The notes beneath the pieces are model-generated. The model saw nothing but the letters and a program-made list of their open reading frames with translations, made no database searches and was not told the DNA's origin. From NCBI GenBank assembly GCA_963827805.1, contig CAWHCC010000007.1:553664-617663 (forward strand): 64,000 bases of DNA, in the 5' to 3' direction. Within the stretch, counting starts at the first letter, position 1; every line of letters starts with the position of its first letter. Of the stretch, positions 40,292-49,656 are shown piece by piece. Source of the stretch: an uncultured Chloroflexia bacterium. GTDB taxonomy: Bacteria; Chloroflexota; Anaerolineae; Anaerolineales; UBA11858. Position numbers and translations under genes: made by a program.

Positions 40292-40393
40292 TTGAGGCAC
40301 CCACTAACTTGTGCTAGAAACTGGTGATTCCTGCAGATATATCCTGCCTGAAAACTCGGCAACGCGATTCTTCCGCGCTATATAAATGTAGAT

Positions 40394-40422
40394 AAAAAGA
40401 CCCGCTAATCATCAACGGGTCT
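40394..40422 (-). terminator. intrinsic terminator after tRNA copy 1
   Basis: Minus strand: GACCCG ... CGGGUC hairpin followed by U5. Confidence 0.6.
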
Positions 40423-40427
40423 TCCTG

Positions 40428-40499
40428 TGGCGAGGGAGGGACTTGAACCCTCAACCTACGGCTTATGAGTTCGGTGCTCTGCCATTGAGCTACCTCGCC
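40428..40499 (-). tRNA. tRNA with CAU anticodon (Met/Ile2-like), copy inside the att repeat; anticodon stem poorly paired
   Basis: 72 nt. Acceptor stem GGCGAGG/CCUCGCC, D arm GCUC-AAUGGCA-GAGC, T arm GAGGG-UUCAAGU-CCCUC, loop CUCAUAA. The anticodon stem CCGAA/GCCGU has only 2 Watson-Crick pairs. CCA is not encoded. No promoter is visible upstream of this copy. Confidence 0.6.
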
Positions 40500-40824
40500 A
40501 TCTTCGTGCGGTATATGCAGGGGTGATGTGCTGTAAAGAACCCGTATATGGTGGTTTATTTGGGGACTATTTTATTTGATTTTGGAATAGTCCGTTGGTT
40601 TAAGGTGCTGTTTTTCGGGAACAAAAATCCCCGAAAGCTATCGCCAGCGGGGACTTGGTATTGTTATAATCCTGTTAGCCAGGCCACCAGACCCCGGTGG
40701 TTTTGGTCAGGGCTGATGAGTGTTAGCGCACTTGTTCAGCCCGTTTTGTTATCTCAATTATACATTACCAATATTTGGTTTATCCATTTAGCAGAGATTT
40801 GCGATTCTGAATCAATTTTCGTTA

Positions 40825-41385
40825 TCAGTTATTTCCCCTTCTTGAATTAGGTGTAGGTTCCGGTGTCCCTGTGATTTCTAGTTCTGACAGTAAACTCATA
40901 ATATTCGCTAAAAAGGTTTCCATCAAGATGATGTTTTCTATATAGAAGTCGGCGTTCCTGTCATCTATGCTGACAAGCCTTCTAAAATAACTAACGCACT
41001 TTTGCCATGCCAAAAATGCACTACTTTGTTTAGAATTATTCCAAAACACACATCCAAGTAACCAATGAGCTGCAGCTTGATTGCGAGTTATGTCAGGATG
41101 AAATAACCGGATAGCCTCTTGCAAATAATATTCAGCTCTATCGAAGTCTCTTAAGTAGAATTCATAAAATGAAAGCCTGATATAAAATAATGCCCTTTGT
41201 GTCAAAGTCTCAATAACCCCATTTATCCGAGAGATATTATCACAGATATTTATATAAAGGCGAACTCTTGAAACATCTTCAATTGTGAAAGCGTCTTCGA
41301 GCGCTATCAATGCCGATACTAACTCTGGGTTTTCAGACTCTTCGCTACTAATTATCCAAAAATAAGCTTCATTAAAGGTAACCAT
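40825..41385 (-). CDS. hypothetical protein (TPR-like helical repeats)
   Basis: 186 aa. The conserved element promoter motif lies upstream. Confidence 0.55.
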   Translation of the reverse strand: MVTFNEAYFWIISSEESENPELVSALIALEDAFTIEDVSRVRLYINICDNISRINGVIETLTQRALFYIRLSFYEFYLRDFDRAEYYLQEAIRLFHPDITRNQAAAHWLLGCVFWNNSKQSSAFLAWQKCVSYFRRLVSIDDRNADFYIENIILMETFLANIMSLLSELEITGTPEPTPNSRRGNN

Positions 41386-41414
41386 TGGTCCAGCCCCTTT
41401 ATTAAATCTGTAAG

Positions 41415-41440
41415 CGTATAAATATTATTGTACACTCTTT
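41415..41440 (-). promoter_or_regulatory. element promoter/operator motif, copy A
   Basis: Plus strand CGTATAAATATTATTGTACACTCTTT. The minus strand reads AAAGAGTGTACAATAATATTTATACG and contains a TACAAT -10 element. It is about 30 nt upstream of the gene start. Confidence 0.5.
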
Positions 41441-41473
41441 TTGAGTGTTTTTACTATTTGGGACACTAAATCA

Positions 41474-41851
41474 TTAAGGCAAACCTTCACATGCCAAGCC
41501 GTCATTATCCCCGTCCAAGCCATATATATCCCCATAACCCAAAGACCAGCAATATTCAAAACATGCTTGCGCCTGGTTGTGAGTGCTGAAGTCTGAGCAA
41601 TTCAGGTCGGGGCCAGAGCAGGTGCAGAAGGCTGGCACGCCGTCATTGGCTGGGGTTAGCTCCGGAGTTTCTGTGATGGTTGGATGGATGGTAATCGTTG
41701 GAATTGGCGTTTTTATTTGGGTTGGGGGCGGAAATGGCTTTTGGATAATTGGCAGGAAATGCATTTAAGCTAATGTGCTTCCGGCCTGGGCTGTGATGGC
41801 GACCCCCACAATAGTGATAAGCGTAACCACTAAGAGAATTTTCTTTTTCAT
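41474..41851 (-). pseudogene. secreted Excalibur (Ca-binding) domain protein with an in-frame TAA after the signal peptide
   Basis: The ATG at 41851 encodes MKKKILLVVTLITIVGVAITAQAGSTLA. An in-frame TAA follows at 41765-67, then the tracked ORF. The C-terminus is [23 protein letters not shown]. Confidence 0.6.
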
Positions 41852-41869
41852 AATTGCCCCGCTGTCAAT

Positions 41870-42547
41870 TTACGGTCCATCTGCCAACCAGCATTGTTCA
41901 CTCAGCCAAAAAACACCTTCTGTCCAACCAAACTCGTCAAAGTAAACTAGAAAGTGGTCAACGTAAGATTTACCGTCAGTATGCCTGTAACGTATCGAGT
42001 GTATTTTAGTGTCAGTGTTATTCCAGATTGTGTCACGATAAGAATTGTGGACCATGTCTACATAGTTTCTCCGAGCCAACCAACCCATCAATATCGTTGA
42101 AATGTCCAAGATGCCATCATATTGCATGTCGTCTATTTGAACGTCACAACGATGCACGGCTAATTCTGACTCAGCTTTGCTTCTATCAGCTAATGCAATC
42201 CTAAATTTTGAATTTAGTTCATCGTAGCTTTCTGTGAGTGCATCAAATTCAGCCTGTGCATTCTCTTTCTCATCAAGAATTACGAAGTACTCGGTTTCTA
42301 TTTCCTTCAGCTTCTCAATTTCACTGTTCATTGCGTCAATTTCTTCAGTGTACTCAACCTTTGCCATTTCAAGGTTAGTAGCAATTTGTTCAACTTCAGC
42401 TATTGACGCGTCAAGCTCATTTTGTGTGTTTTCCAACTGGTTTTGCAGATTTTGAATTTCAGCAAGAGCAGCACTGTGATTAGCTTCAGGAACTCCGCAC
42501 CCCACCAAAAGCAATGCTAGAAATACTACAAAGAGAATTTTCTTCAT
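41870..42547 (-). CDS. lipoprotein with an N-terminal coiled coil
   Basis: Lipobox LLVGC. A heptad-rich region spans about residues 25-125. Confidence 0.65.
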   Translation of the reverse strand: MKKILFVVFLALLLVGCGVPEANHSAALAEIQNLQNQLENTQNELDASIAEVEQIATNLEMAKVEYTEEIDAMNSEIEKLKEIETEYFVILDEKENAQAEFDALTESYDELNSKFRIALADRSKAESELAVHRCDVQIDDMQYDGILDISTILMGWLARRNYVDMVHNSYRDTIWNNTDTKIHSIRYRHTDGKSYVDHFLVYFDEFGWTEGVFWLSEQCWLADGP

Positions 42548-42568
42548 GTTTGCCCTCCCAGGTCAAAA

Positions 42569-42593
42569 CGTATAAATTTATTGTACACTCTTT
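42569..42593 (-). promoter_or_regulatory. element promoter/operator motif, copy B
   Basis: CGTATAAATTTATTGTACACTCTTT, 22 nt upstream of the lipoprotein start. Confidence 0.5.
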
Positions 42594-42685
42594 CTCAAGC
42601 TGCCACAATAACTAGACAACAAAAGAAGCCCTCCGGTTGGAGGGCTTTAACATGAGCGGGGAAGGCTTGCTACTATCAGAACAAA

Positions 42686-43981
42686 CTACCTTGAAACTAC
42701 TGGCATGTAGACATGATTTGTATATATCTGATTTCGCCTATCAATTAGATATACATCAGTTAGCCCATTATTATCATTTGTTATTAAACTATCAATATGA
42801 GCTTGAAATGAGATGAATGCCCCATCATTTGAAATGCTTGGCCCTTGGTATGCTACTCCGCCCATACCTGTGTCACCAAAATTGATTTCATCAAAAATAT
42901 TATCTTCAATATTGTAAATATAAAACCCTACATTGTGCATATCTGAATTGGATGAAATAAACACAAGGTGTTTTCCGTTAGGGGATACCATTGGATAGAA
43001 TGAGCGATAATTAGTGCAAATCCGGCGGGTTTCAGTTGTAAGTTGGTCATATAAGTAAACATCTATTTGGGTACATCCGGACATTGGTGGGGTTATATTA
43101 TTATCTCTGGATACAAAAGCAATATAGCGCCCATCTTCAGACATTGAAGGGGTCGAGAGTTGGCCATTGCTGCATTTCCATCATATCTCTTTGATAAATA
43201 AGTGAGAGAATCATTTTCTCTGTCGTAGACAAACACATTTTCAAGATTTAAAGCGGGTATTCCTGGAACCAAAATTTCAGGAGATAAAAACGCTACATAC
43301 TTCCCATCAGATGAAATAACTGGACAAGAAGCTCCTAAAGCTCGTATTGGAATATATTCTGTTGTACCAATTTCTCTATCGTGCACATAAAAACTTTCGC
43401 TATCATCACTGTCATCTTCGCTTAGTGCTGAACCGGTAATAAATGCAACATAACGACCATTTGGAGAAATATGAAAATCATATGCTCTCGAAGTTGCTTC
43501 TGTCCCATCTGAAGCAACAGATACACGCCTAGTGGTATGTGATACCAAATCACGAACAAAAATATCAGGTTGTTCATTCGTATCATTGGGAACGAGATCG
43601 TTGATGACGACAAAAATGCCACATACCGACCATTCGCACTCATAGAAAGCTGGCAATCGTCTATTCCCCAAACCCACCCATCTCCCTGTTCTCCATATTT
43701 GTAGCTATTGAAGCACGAGTGATAGATGAACTATTTCTATCAAATATAAATAAATCAGGTTCTTCATTTGTATCATCTGGAATTAAAATATCAGAGCTTG
43801 AGATAAATGCAATATACCGACCATCAGCGGACATAGCATCAGTTGTAGTTCCACCACCTGCAGCGAATCTATCCATCCCCCTTGATACCAGGATAAGGAA
43901 TATATCTTCAGCGGCCTTGGTTGGAATTAGTGTAACAAGAATAGAGATGAAACCAAGAAAATAAAATGCCTTTTTCCACAT
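42686..43981 (-). pseudogene. secreted PD40/TolB-like repeat protein, broken by about 3 frameshifts
   Basis: Four overlapping ORF fragments (43661-43981, 43422-43643, 43093-43677, 42686-43144) together read as one repeat protein (SADGRYIAF, SANGRYVAF, SPNGRYVAF, SSDGKYVAF, SEDGRYIAF, SPNGKHLVF). Each junction needs a -1 correction. Confidence 0.7.
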
Positions 43982-43997
43982 TATGCCCTCCCAGAAT

Positions 43998-44020
43998 TGT
44001 ATACATATAATTATACATCT
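43998..44020 (-). promoter_or_regulatory. element promoter/operator motif, degenerate copy D
   Basis: TGTATACATATAATTATACATCT upstream of the PD40 gene. Confidence 0.3.
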
Positions 44021-44305
44021 ACTTGGAAGTCACCATAATGTTTTACACCAGAAAATCCCCTCAACTCATCCACCTCCCGCCGCAGCCGCATCACTTCTTT
44101 ATGCTGTTCTAGCTGCATGCACAGCAAGAATGTCTCGAACGGTAGCATGTGATTGGCCTGGTTAGCGGCCATCAGATGCCGGGCGGCGTTGGCCCACAGG
44201 TCGTCAAAGACCAGTTGGTCTTCTTTGCGTAAGGCGCGCCATGTTCGCCAGTGCGTTTCGTTCGTTATTGAATTGTGCTGTTGTGGTTGGTAGTGTTCTA
44301 CCCAT
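44011..44305 (-). pseudogene. small hypothetical protein (about 97 aa) with a +1 frameshift
   Basis: ATG at 44305 with AAGGAG upstream. Frame 0 stops after 33 codons, and the +1 frame continues as EDQLVFDDLWANAARHLMAANQ... Deleting one base of the T3 run at 44224-26 joins them. Not in the ORF track. Confidence 0.45.
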
Positions 44306-44404
44306 GATATGCTCCTTTTTAGCTACGAGAATATCATGAGCAGCGGGAAAATGATATCGACTGTGGGATGATTTTAGGGTTGGTTGGGGGTCTAATCCCA
44401 GGAA

Positions 44405-44794
44405 TTAGACCTCCAATGGTCGCTTGAAATAAATAATCGGGGAATTTAGACCTACCATTTCCCATCCTTGAGACCCCAATCTTTTCAAATAGACATCAAG
44501 CCTTGGTTGCTTATCAAGTCCCTGTCCATTCTCCTCGTATACGTAGGGGCGACCACCATAGTAAACTCTAATCCATCTATATTCCCATTTCTGCCCAATA
44601 AACTCCTTCGCCTGGTTTGACTCGTCGAATTCTTGACCTCCAGTCTGAATGTCTGTGAGGTGAACAGCTCTAGCGTCGGATGCTCGAATTTCAATAGAGG
44701 ACATAGAACTTAAGCTGTAATTACATTTTTTACATTTTCTGTCTTGGGCAATATTGTACACTTTGCATTTTGGGCAAACCTTTACTTCCACCAT
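44405..44794 (-). CDS. zinc-ribbon protein with a DUF4177-like C-terminal domain
   Basis: CPKC..(11)..CKKC at the N-terminus. C-terminal region: WEYRWIRVYYGG...LGSQGWEMVG. Confidence 0.55.
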   Translation of the reverse strand: MVEVKVCPKCKVYNIAQDRKCKKCNYSLSSMSSIEIRASDARAVHLTDIQTGGQEFDESNQAKEFIGQKWEYRWIRVYYGGRPYVYEENGQGLDKQPRLDVYLKRLGSQGWEMVGLNSPIIYFKRPLEV

Positions 44795-44991
44795 TTGTTC
44801 TTTGTGCCAATTCCTTAAACTCCGCTTCTTATATCACGAGCTTCCGTTTCCCGATTCTTCTTGTTCATCATCGCCCACAAAAATTCAACCATATCACCCC
44901 CGCTGCCCGTAGCTGCTCTGAGAATGTCCATTCGCTCAGCTAGTTGACACATCGCCCTCCCATCGTGCTAATACCCTACAAAAAAACTAAA

Positions 44992-45018
44992 CGTATACAT
45001 TATTATTGTACACTTTTT
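44992..45018 (-). promoter_or_regulatory. element promoter/operator motif, copy C
   Basis: CGTATACATTATTATTGTACACTTTTT, upstream of a 45-codon ORF (44815-44952). Confidence 0.45.
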
Positions 45019-45478
45019 GACAAAGCTCTCACAATGACCAGATAAAAATAAGGTTTCTCAAATCGTTTCTGTCAAAAATACTCTGCACTTTCTAGGGAGT
45101 GATTTTTGCGGAAAACGCCGTCATCTATAAAAAACGCTTATATATCCGCTCAATTTGGAAGGTGATTTTAGGTCATTTGATATGGCTTGAAAGAGTGAAA
45201 AGGTTGTCAGAGGGGTGGAATGCTTGCGATGAACATTTACTTATCCGCAACTATAACCAGCTTTTTAACCCCTTTTCCAGACAATAAATCGCCCTAAGAA
45301 ATGTAAATTTTCGCCAAAAACATCGAATCTAGAACCCCCTTTTTTATAGTGACAAAGGTCTGCCACTTACCTGTTATTCGCCTGTGAGCAGGGTCAAAAT
45401 ATCGACAAGTGAAATCTTAGATTGAATTTAGTGTGTTAATTGCTATAAGGTCTTCTATCGTTGATATTGTAGAGTATT

Positions 45479-45900
45479 TCAAAAATTTGTTCCTTCAAAT
45501 AAGCACGGTCTGAAATCTTCCTCGCCTTTTGGGGTGTAACTTTCGATGATTGCTTTTACTTTCTTTCTATAAGTGTATGCAAGTTGATTAGCCATTCTGT
45601 ATAATGCAAGCAAGACATGATAGGCTTGGAATTTATCACCCTCGTCCTCCAATTCCTGAAGTCTACTGGCTAAGTCTTCTGCAAAATGGATATCCTGAGC
45701 CCATTCGAGATACTTTAATTGCTGCCAATTGTTGTCCCAAGTTTTGGCTATTTAGCCAAGCTGAAACATCAATCGATCCATTAAGAATTGGTGCAATGGA
45801 ACGCATTTCATAAGCAATATTACTTGCTTCGGCTAGTGTGCTCTTTTTCTTCTCTCGCAAATACCGGTTATGATTTAAATTCTTGAACCAAATCTCTCAT
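45479..45900 (-). pseudogene. hypothetical protein (about 139 aa) with two +1 frameshifts
   Basis: The three frame segments join into one sensible sequence (MRDLVQE/LNHNRYLREKKKSTLAEASNIAYEM...QQLAA/LKYLEWAQDIHFAEDLASRLQELEDEG...) if one base is removed near 45877-79 and one near 45717. Confidence 0.45.
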
Positions 45901-45912
45901 TTTTTTCTGAAG

Positions 45913-46373
45913 TTATATCTGACTAGCAATTTGTAGCTCTTGGGGTGTAAGAGCTTCTTCCAAAACTGTATCCGCATCGTGGAGCATTTTATCAAAATCT
46001 TTTTGGCTTTTGCCTTTAGCTATCGCCGCTTTGCCTGCGTTTTTATACTCTTCAATATTGCTTTGCCTTTTTTCTTCTATTTCTTGTTTCTTCTCTATTG
46101 ATAAAGTGAACAAGTTTGTTATCCCAGCTTCAACTGTTGTGTTCTCTGGGGTTTCTTTTAACCAGAAATCTAAACAGAGCCGGGAGCACGGCTAAAGCCA
46201 AGATAATGGTAGTGGTTGTTTCGACTCCAATAGAGTATTCCCATTCACCTTCAATATTTCTGCTGATAGTAAAAATTGAAATGATGAAAAGAATAGCAAA
46301 TACTACATAATATTGCCAGGTTTCAAAAAATAAGCGTTTTGTATTTTGGGTTCTGTTTATTCTCTTCAGCCAT
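45913..46373 (-). pseudogene. hypothetical membrane / coiled-coil protein (about 152 aa) with two +1 frameshifts
   Basis: Starts at the ATG at 46373. The shifts are at the A6 run 46325-30 and near 46145-60. The last segment is tracked ORF 45913-46113. Confidence 0.45.
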
Positions 46374-46422
46374 GAGATTGTCCTTTCTTTAGCTTAGATT
46401 TCACTTACAATCGATTTTAGCG

Positions 46423-46451
46423 AAAAAAACTACTCACGATTGTGAGTAGTT
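46423..46451 (-). terminator. intrinsic terminator (minus strand)
   Basis: ACTACTCAC-GATT-GTGAGTAGT hairpin followed on the minus strand by U7. Confidence 0.65.
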
Positions 46452-46643
46452 CCAATTGAATGAAGCAGCTATGTAATTTGCAGGATTTCTCACAAATCTT
46501 AGGGTGGAAATTTCTCCTGGAAAAAAATGACGATTTTAAGTATAGCATAATTCGGATAAAGATATCCGAATTTATTGGTGTTGAAAGGCGGCCACGGCCT
46601 CGGATTCTTCGACTTCCATTTTTTTGACCACCTATTGATTTCA

Positions 46644-47204
46644 TCATTTCTGACCTAAATCGCCTGCCACATTGATTTGCTGCCCACCATCTTTCGCAAT
46701 ATTGATTTGATAAGTGCTGCCTGAAATCTTGCGCACGCGTGCGAGGGTTTCGCAGGCTCTCAAATAGCGGCGCTGGGTGGCTGACAATCGCCTCTCCCAA
46801 TGATTGACTTGGTCATAGCTCGCCTGTTGCCCGATCGAACTGGCTAGACAGTATTCCACCCACTGATAACGCAGCCAGCGATTAATCACGTTATCAATCA
46901 GCAGTTGCTCTAATACGGGGGATGCGTGATACGACATGCCGTTCTGTAAAGCCTTCACGTTGGCCTTGACCCTTATCTGAAGGGTTTAATTGGTTTCTGC
47001 CAGTTTTGAAACCAGCATATCTTGAATCGAATCCGATAAATCCACCACGTGACGAAACAATTCTGGGTTGTCATCAAGTTGTTTACGCAGTGCTTTTATG
47101 TCGTCTTTGTCTGGATTTTCTTGGTGGCATCTAATTACCAAATTTCTAAAATCTTCTGATATTCCTTTCTCATTAACCCTGATTGTCAAAGCGTGTTCAC
47201 TCAT
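46644..47204 (-). pseudogene. hypothetical protein (about 186 aa) with an in-frame TAA
   Basis: ORFs 46986-47252 (start taken at the ATG at 47204) and 46644-46958 share one frame, separated only by TAA at 46986-88 (..LAETN-TAA-TLQIRVKANVKALQNG..). Confidence 0.5.
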
Positions 47205-47502
47205 TTCTTTTTTTTCTCCATTGCCCCTTGTGGGGGTGGTATCCATTCGCAAGTAAGACGGCCCTGGTCAACGTGCGGACCATATCGCCGTAATCATCCA
47301 GTTCGTTGTCAACCGCTTTGACTTCGGCGCGTGCTGCTTGCTTTCGGCGTTGCTCCGCTTTACGGGACTGCCGTTCGCAATCTTCTTCTTCAGCTAATAA
47401 TTCAGCCAGTGGCCCACGCCCAACATACTCACTGACAACCTTGTCACCGATGCGGCGTTTCCGGTAGTAATAGCGGCGATTACCGCGTGTTTCCCAGGCC
47501 AT
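47197..47502 (-). CDS. small basic hypothetical protein
   Basis: 101 aa (MAWETRGNRRYYYRKRR...). Its stop overlaps the next gene's start. Confidence 0.55.
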   Translation of the reverse strand: MAWETRGNRRYYYRKRRIGDKVVSEYVGRGPLAELLAEEEDCERQSRKAEQRRKQAARAEVKAVDNELDDYGDMVRTLTRAVLLANGYHPHKGQWRKKRNE

Positions 47503-47518
47503 GTGCTACACTCCAACA

Positions 47519-49216
47519 CTATCCCCGTTGACAAGTTCTCTGTTTCCAATACTGCCGCTTTTTTGCCACTAGCATATTGAGACGGCGTTCGCGTTCATAC
47601 TGGTGTAACCTAATTCTTCGTTCTGTCTTACCCAACGTCCCCAGCTGCGCGGCAATCCGTTCGAGTTCGTCTTCTGTTTTTGGTATGGCGTAGTATTCAC
47701 CTTCAGCACTGCCCACCATGCCGAATTCTCGCAGACGTTTAAAAGCCCGCGACACACTGCCGGGGTGTTGACTGGTGGCTCTTGCTATGGCTCTAATTGA
47801 CTTTTCGTTGTTATTCAGTAAATAGCAATAAATACGTTCAGCCACCTTACCCAGCCCTGCGAATACGTCTGTGTGTTCGTATCCTGGGTGTTGCCTAATC
47901 GGGACACTACATACTAAGGGGGGATTAATGTCCTGATTGGGAAACACGTTTACGTTCTCAGTAAATGCAAAAATACCTGCTGGGGTAGTTGTTTTCTTCG
48001 AAGACGGCACACGGTAGTAGAGTTTGGAGTCAACCAATCGGCCTAAAGCAATGGACGCCGTAGAACGGCCAATATTGGCAAGTTCAGCCACTTCACGCGC
48101 AGACGCCCGAAATTGACGGCCTTCCAAGCGCGCACGATGAACACATGCAGCAAAGACCGCGCGGTCAGTTTGGGCAGTTCTGCCGTGAGTGCGCCAGTCA
48201 TGCAATTCCAAGAAGGCAGCAGCAGTGAGTAACATATCTGTAACGTTTCGTAACGGTTTCTGAACGTTTTGTTCGTCTTTGCCATAGTCGCGTGCGGGTT
48301 GATTGTCGTCTTGGTTGTAGGCCCAATTCAGAACGTCAGTAACGGCCTTTTGACTTTCAGGCGGATTACAGATTGCATTCATGGATAGAATCAGCGTTTC
48401 AGCCAGGTCATAGTCAAAATGATTGGCAGCCATATCACGAGCAACGGCCACAAAAGCAGCATTCCGATTGCCGTCAGAAGTTCCTAATGCTAAATACATA
48501 CGATTGCGCCGGGATAGCTTCTCACAATGGGGGGGCAGTCCGTACAATTCCGGTTCGTGGTATTGACCTTTTGCCAGCTTGACGCCGAATCGTTCTACCT
48601 GGTTTATGCTGACTGTGGGCACAACATCGCCAGGGGGGACAATCCAACGGTAGACCACCCCTTGTGGGTGAATACTCGGAGGCAGCACCGAATAGCCAGC
48701 ACTCCCCCGAATACCTAAACCGGGAAGTACACCGTTTTTCTCTTTGATATTCGCAGCAATGCCCTCGGCCAAGCGCATCATATAACCACCCCCGCGAAAA
48801 CTTTCATACTGCCAGTAGTTGACGCCGGTATCATCCAACATGCCTTGAAGTTGGTTGTAGGTCCGGTGACTATCACAATCGAAAATAAACAGATTCCCGC
48901 TGGTTTTGCCAAGTATTACGCCGATATTAGCGCCCTCAAATAGCGCATCAATTTGGTGGTCGCGTGGTAGGCAGCCTAGATGATTGCGTCGGTAACATTC
49001 GGGACCACATACGTGAAGACGGGAAGTGTAGAATGGTCTTTGCAAGTACGGTGGTTTTTTGTCGGCAAAAGACGGGTCAAACTTAATCGCTTCGTTCGGC
49101 TTTGGCAGTGGCAAAACGTTCAATCCTAGCACGTGTAAATGTTTGGCCGTGCTGACAGAAGTCAGTAATTCCGGTGTGACTTCGGTTATCAATTGGTTTT
49201 GGACAGTCGTCAGCAT
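47519..49216 (-). CDS. bifunctional primase-polymerase (archaeo-eukaryotic primase fold) fused to C-terminal winged-helix domains
   Basis: DxD motif (LFIFDCDS), GGGYMMRL, and SVLPPSIHPQG (SxH). The C-terminal half has two MarR-like wHTH segments. Confidence 0.7.
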   Translation of the reverse strand: MLTTVQNQLITEVTPELLTSVSTAKHLHVLGLNVLPLPKPNEAIKFDPSFADKKPPYLQRPFYTSRLHVCGPECYRRNHLGCLPRDHQIDALFEGANIGVILGKTSGNLFIFDCDSHRTYNQLQGMLDDTGVNYWQYESFRGGGYMMRLAEGIAANIKEKNGVLPGLGIRGSAGYSVLPPSIHPQGVVYRWIVPPGDVVPTVSINQVERFGVKLAKGQYHEPELYGLPPHCEKLSRRNRMYLALGTSDGNRNAAFVAVARDMAANHFDYDLAETLILSMNAICNPPESQKAVTDVLNWAYNQDDNQPARDYGKDEQNVQKPLRNVTDMLLTAAAFLELHDWRTHGRTAQTDRAVFAACVHRARLEGRQFRASAREVAELANIGRSTASIALGRLVDSKLYYRVPSSKKTTTPAGIFAFTENVNVFPNQDINPPLVCSVPIRQHPGYEHTDVFAGLGKVAERIYCYLLNNNEKSIRAIARATSQHPGSVSRAFKRLREFGMVGSAEGEYYAIPKTEDELERIAAQLGTLGKTERRIRLHQYERERRLNMLVAKKRQYWKQRTCQRG

Positions 49217-49231
49217 AATCTCACTGAATGG

Positions 49232-49308
49232 ATGTATACGTGTATCCCGGTTGTGACAGTATTTCCCACTTATGGGTTTAGTGTCCCGCTGGGGTTACAC
49301 GTATACAT
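49232..49308. repeat. 13-bp perfect inverted repeat pair upstream of the primase-polymerase gene (candidate origin or operator)
   Basis: ATGTATACGTGTA (49232-44) and TACACGTATACAT (49296-308), 51 bp apart. They share the GTATAC core of the element promoter motif. Confidence 0.6.
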
Positions 49309-49320
49309 TAAAATAAATGG

Positions 49321-49641
49321 CTAGAACGGCATTTCGCATATTTTCTCGTGCCGTTCTTTCTTGAGATTTTCCCGATATGAGAATGACAAATCCACGCCGT
49401 TCCCATCTTTGTAGATTTTTTCATCAAGGAAATCACGCAAACCATCAATGGTTGTCATGGTTTCACTCAAATGTTTATACAGCTCATTATGAACGCCGCT
49501 TTTTCGAAGGGATTCTACAAACCAGTTGGATTCATCCATGCTGTATATGAAGCTGTAAAGGGCTTGGTTCATCAAATCTGTCAGTTCGTGGATTTCAGCT
49601 GCATTCTTTCTGACAATATCCTTTGCTTTTGATTTCTTCAT
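49321..49641 (-). CDS. hypothetical protein
   Basis: 106 aa. AAGGA Shine-Dalgarno 7 nt upstream. Confidence 0.5.
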   Translation of the reverse strand: MKKSKAKDIVRKNAAEIHELTDLMNQALYSFIYSMDESNWFVESLRKSGVHNELYKHLSETMTTIDGLRDFLDEKIYKDGNGVDLSFSYRENLKKERHEKICEMPF

Positions 49642-49656
49642 GGCTCTTTCCTTTCG

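Larger units (their letters stand above)
40391..40499. repeat. 109-bp direct repeat, copy 1 (att site; whole tRNA plus its terminator)
   Basis: Identical base for base to 53045-53153. Confidence 0.9.

Noticed and set aside
40548-40850. 100-aa plus-strand ORF at the left end of the element.
   Set aside because: It has no Shine-Dalgarno and an odd composition, and it overlaps the 3' end of the minus-strand gene at 40825-41385. A CCACC..GGTGG+TTTT hairpin at about 40683-40705 lies inside it. This could hint at a small plus-strand RNA, but I cannot support either call.
46417-46800. 127-aa minus-strand ORF overlapping the 46644-46958 gene.
   Set aside because: It is out of frame with, and overlaps, a better-supported ORF. 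It runs through the intrinsic terminator at 46423-46451, and its translation is Arg/Ser-rich and looks non-coding.
49642-49656. Treating 49321-49641 and 49657-50025 as one gene with an in-frame stop; they share a frame.
   Set aside because: The short gap contains a well-spaced AAGGA Shine-Dalgarno before the downstream ATG and the upstream protein ends naturally, so two genes is the simpler reading.
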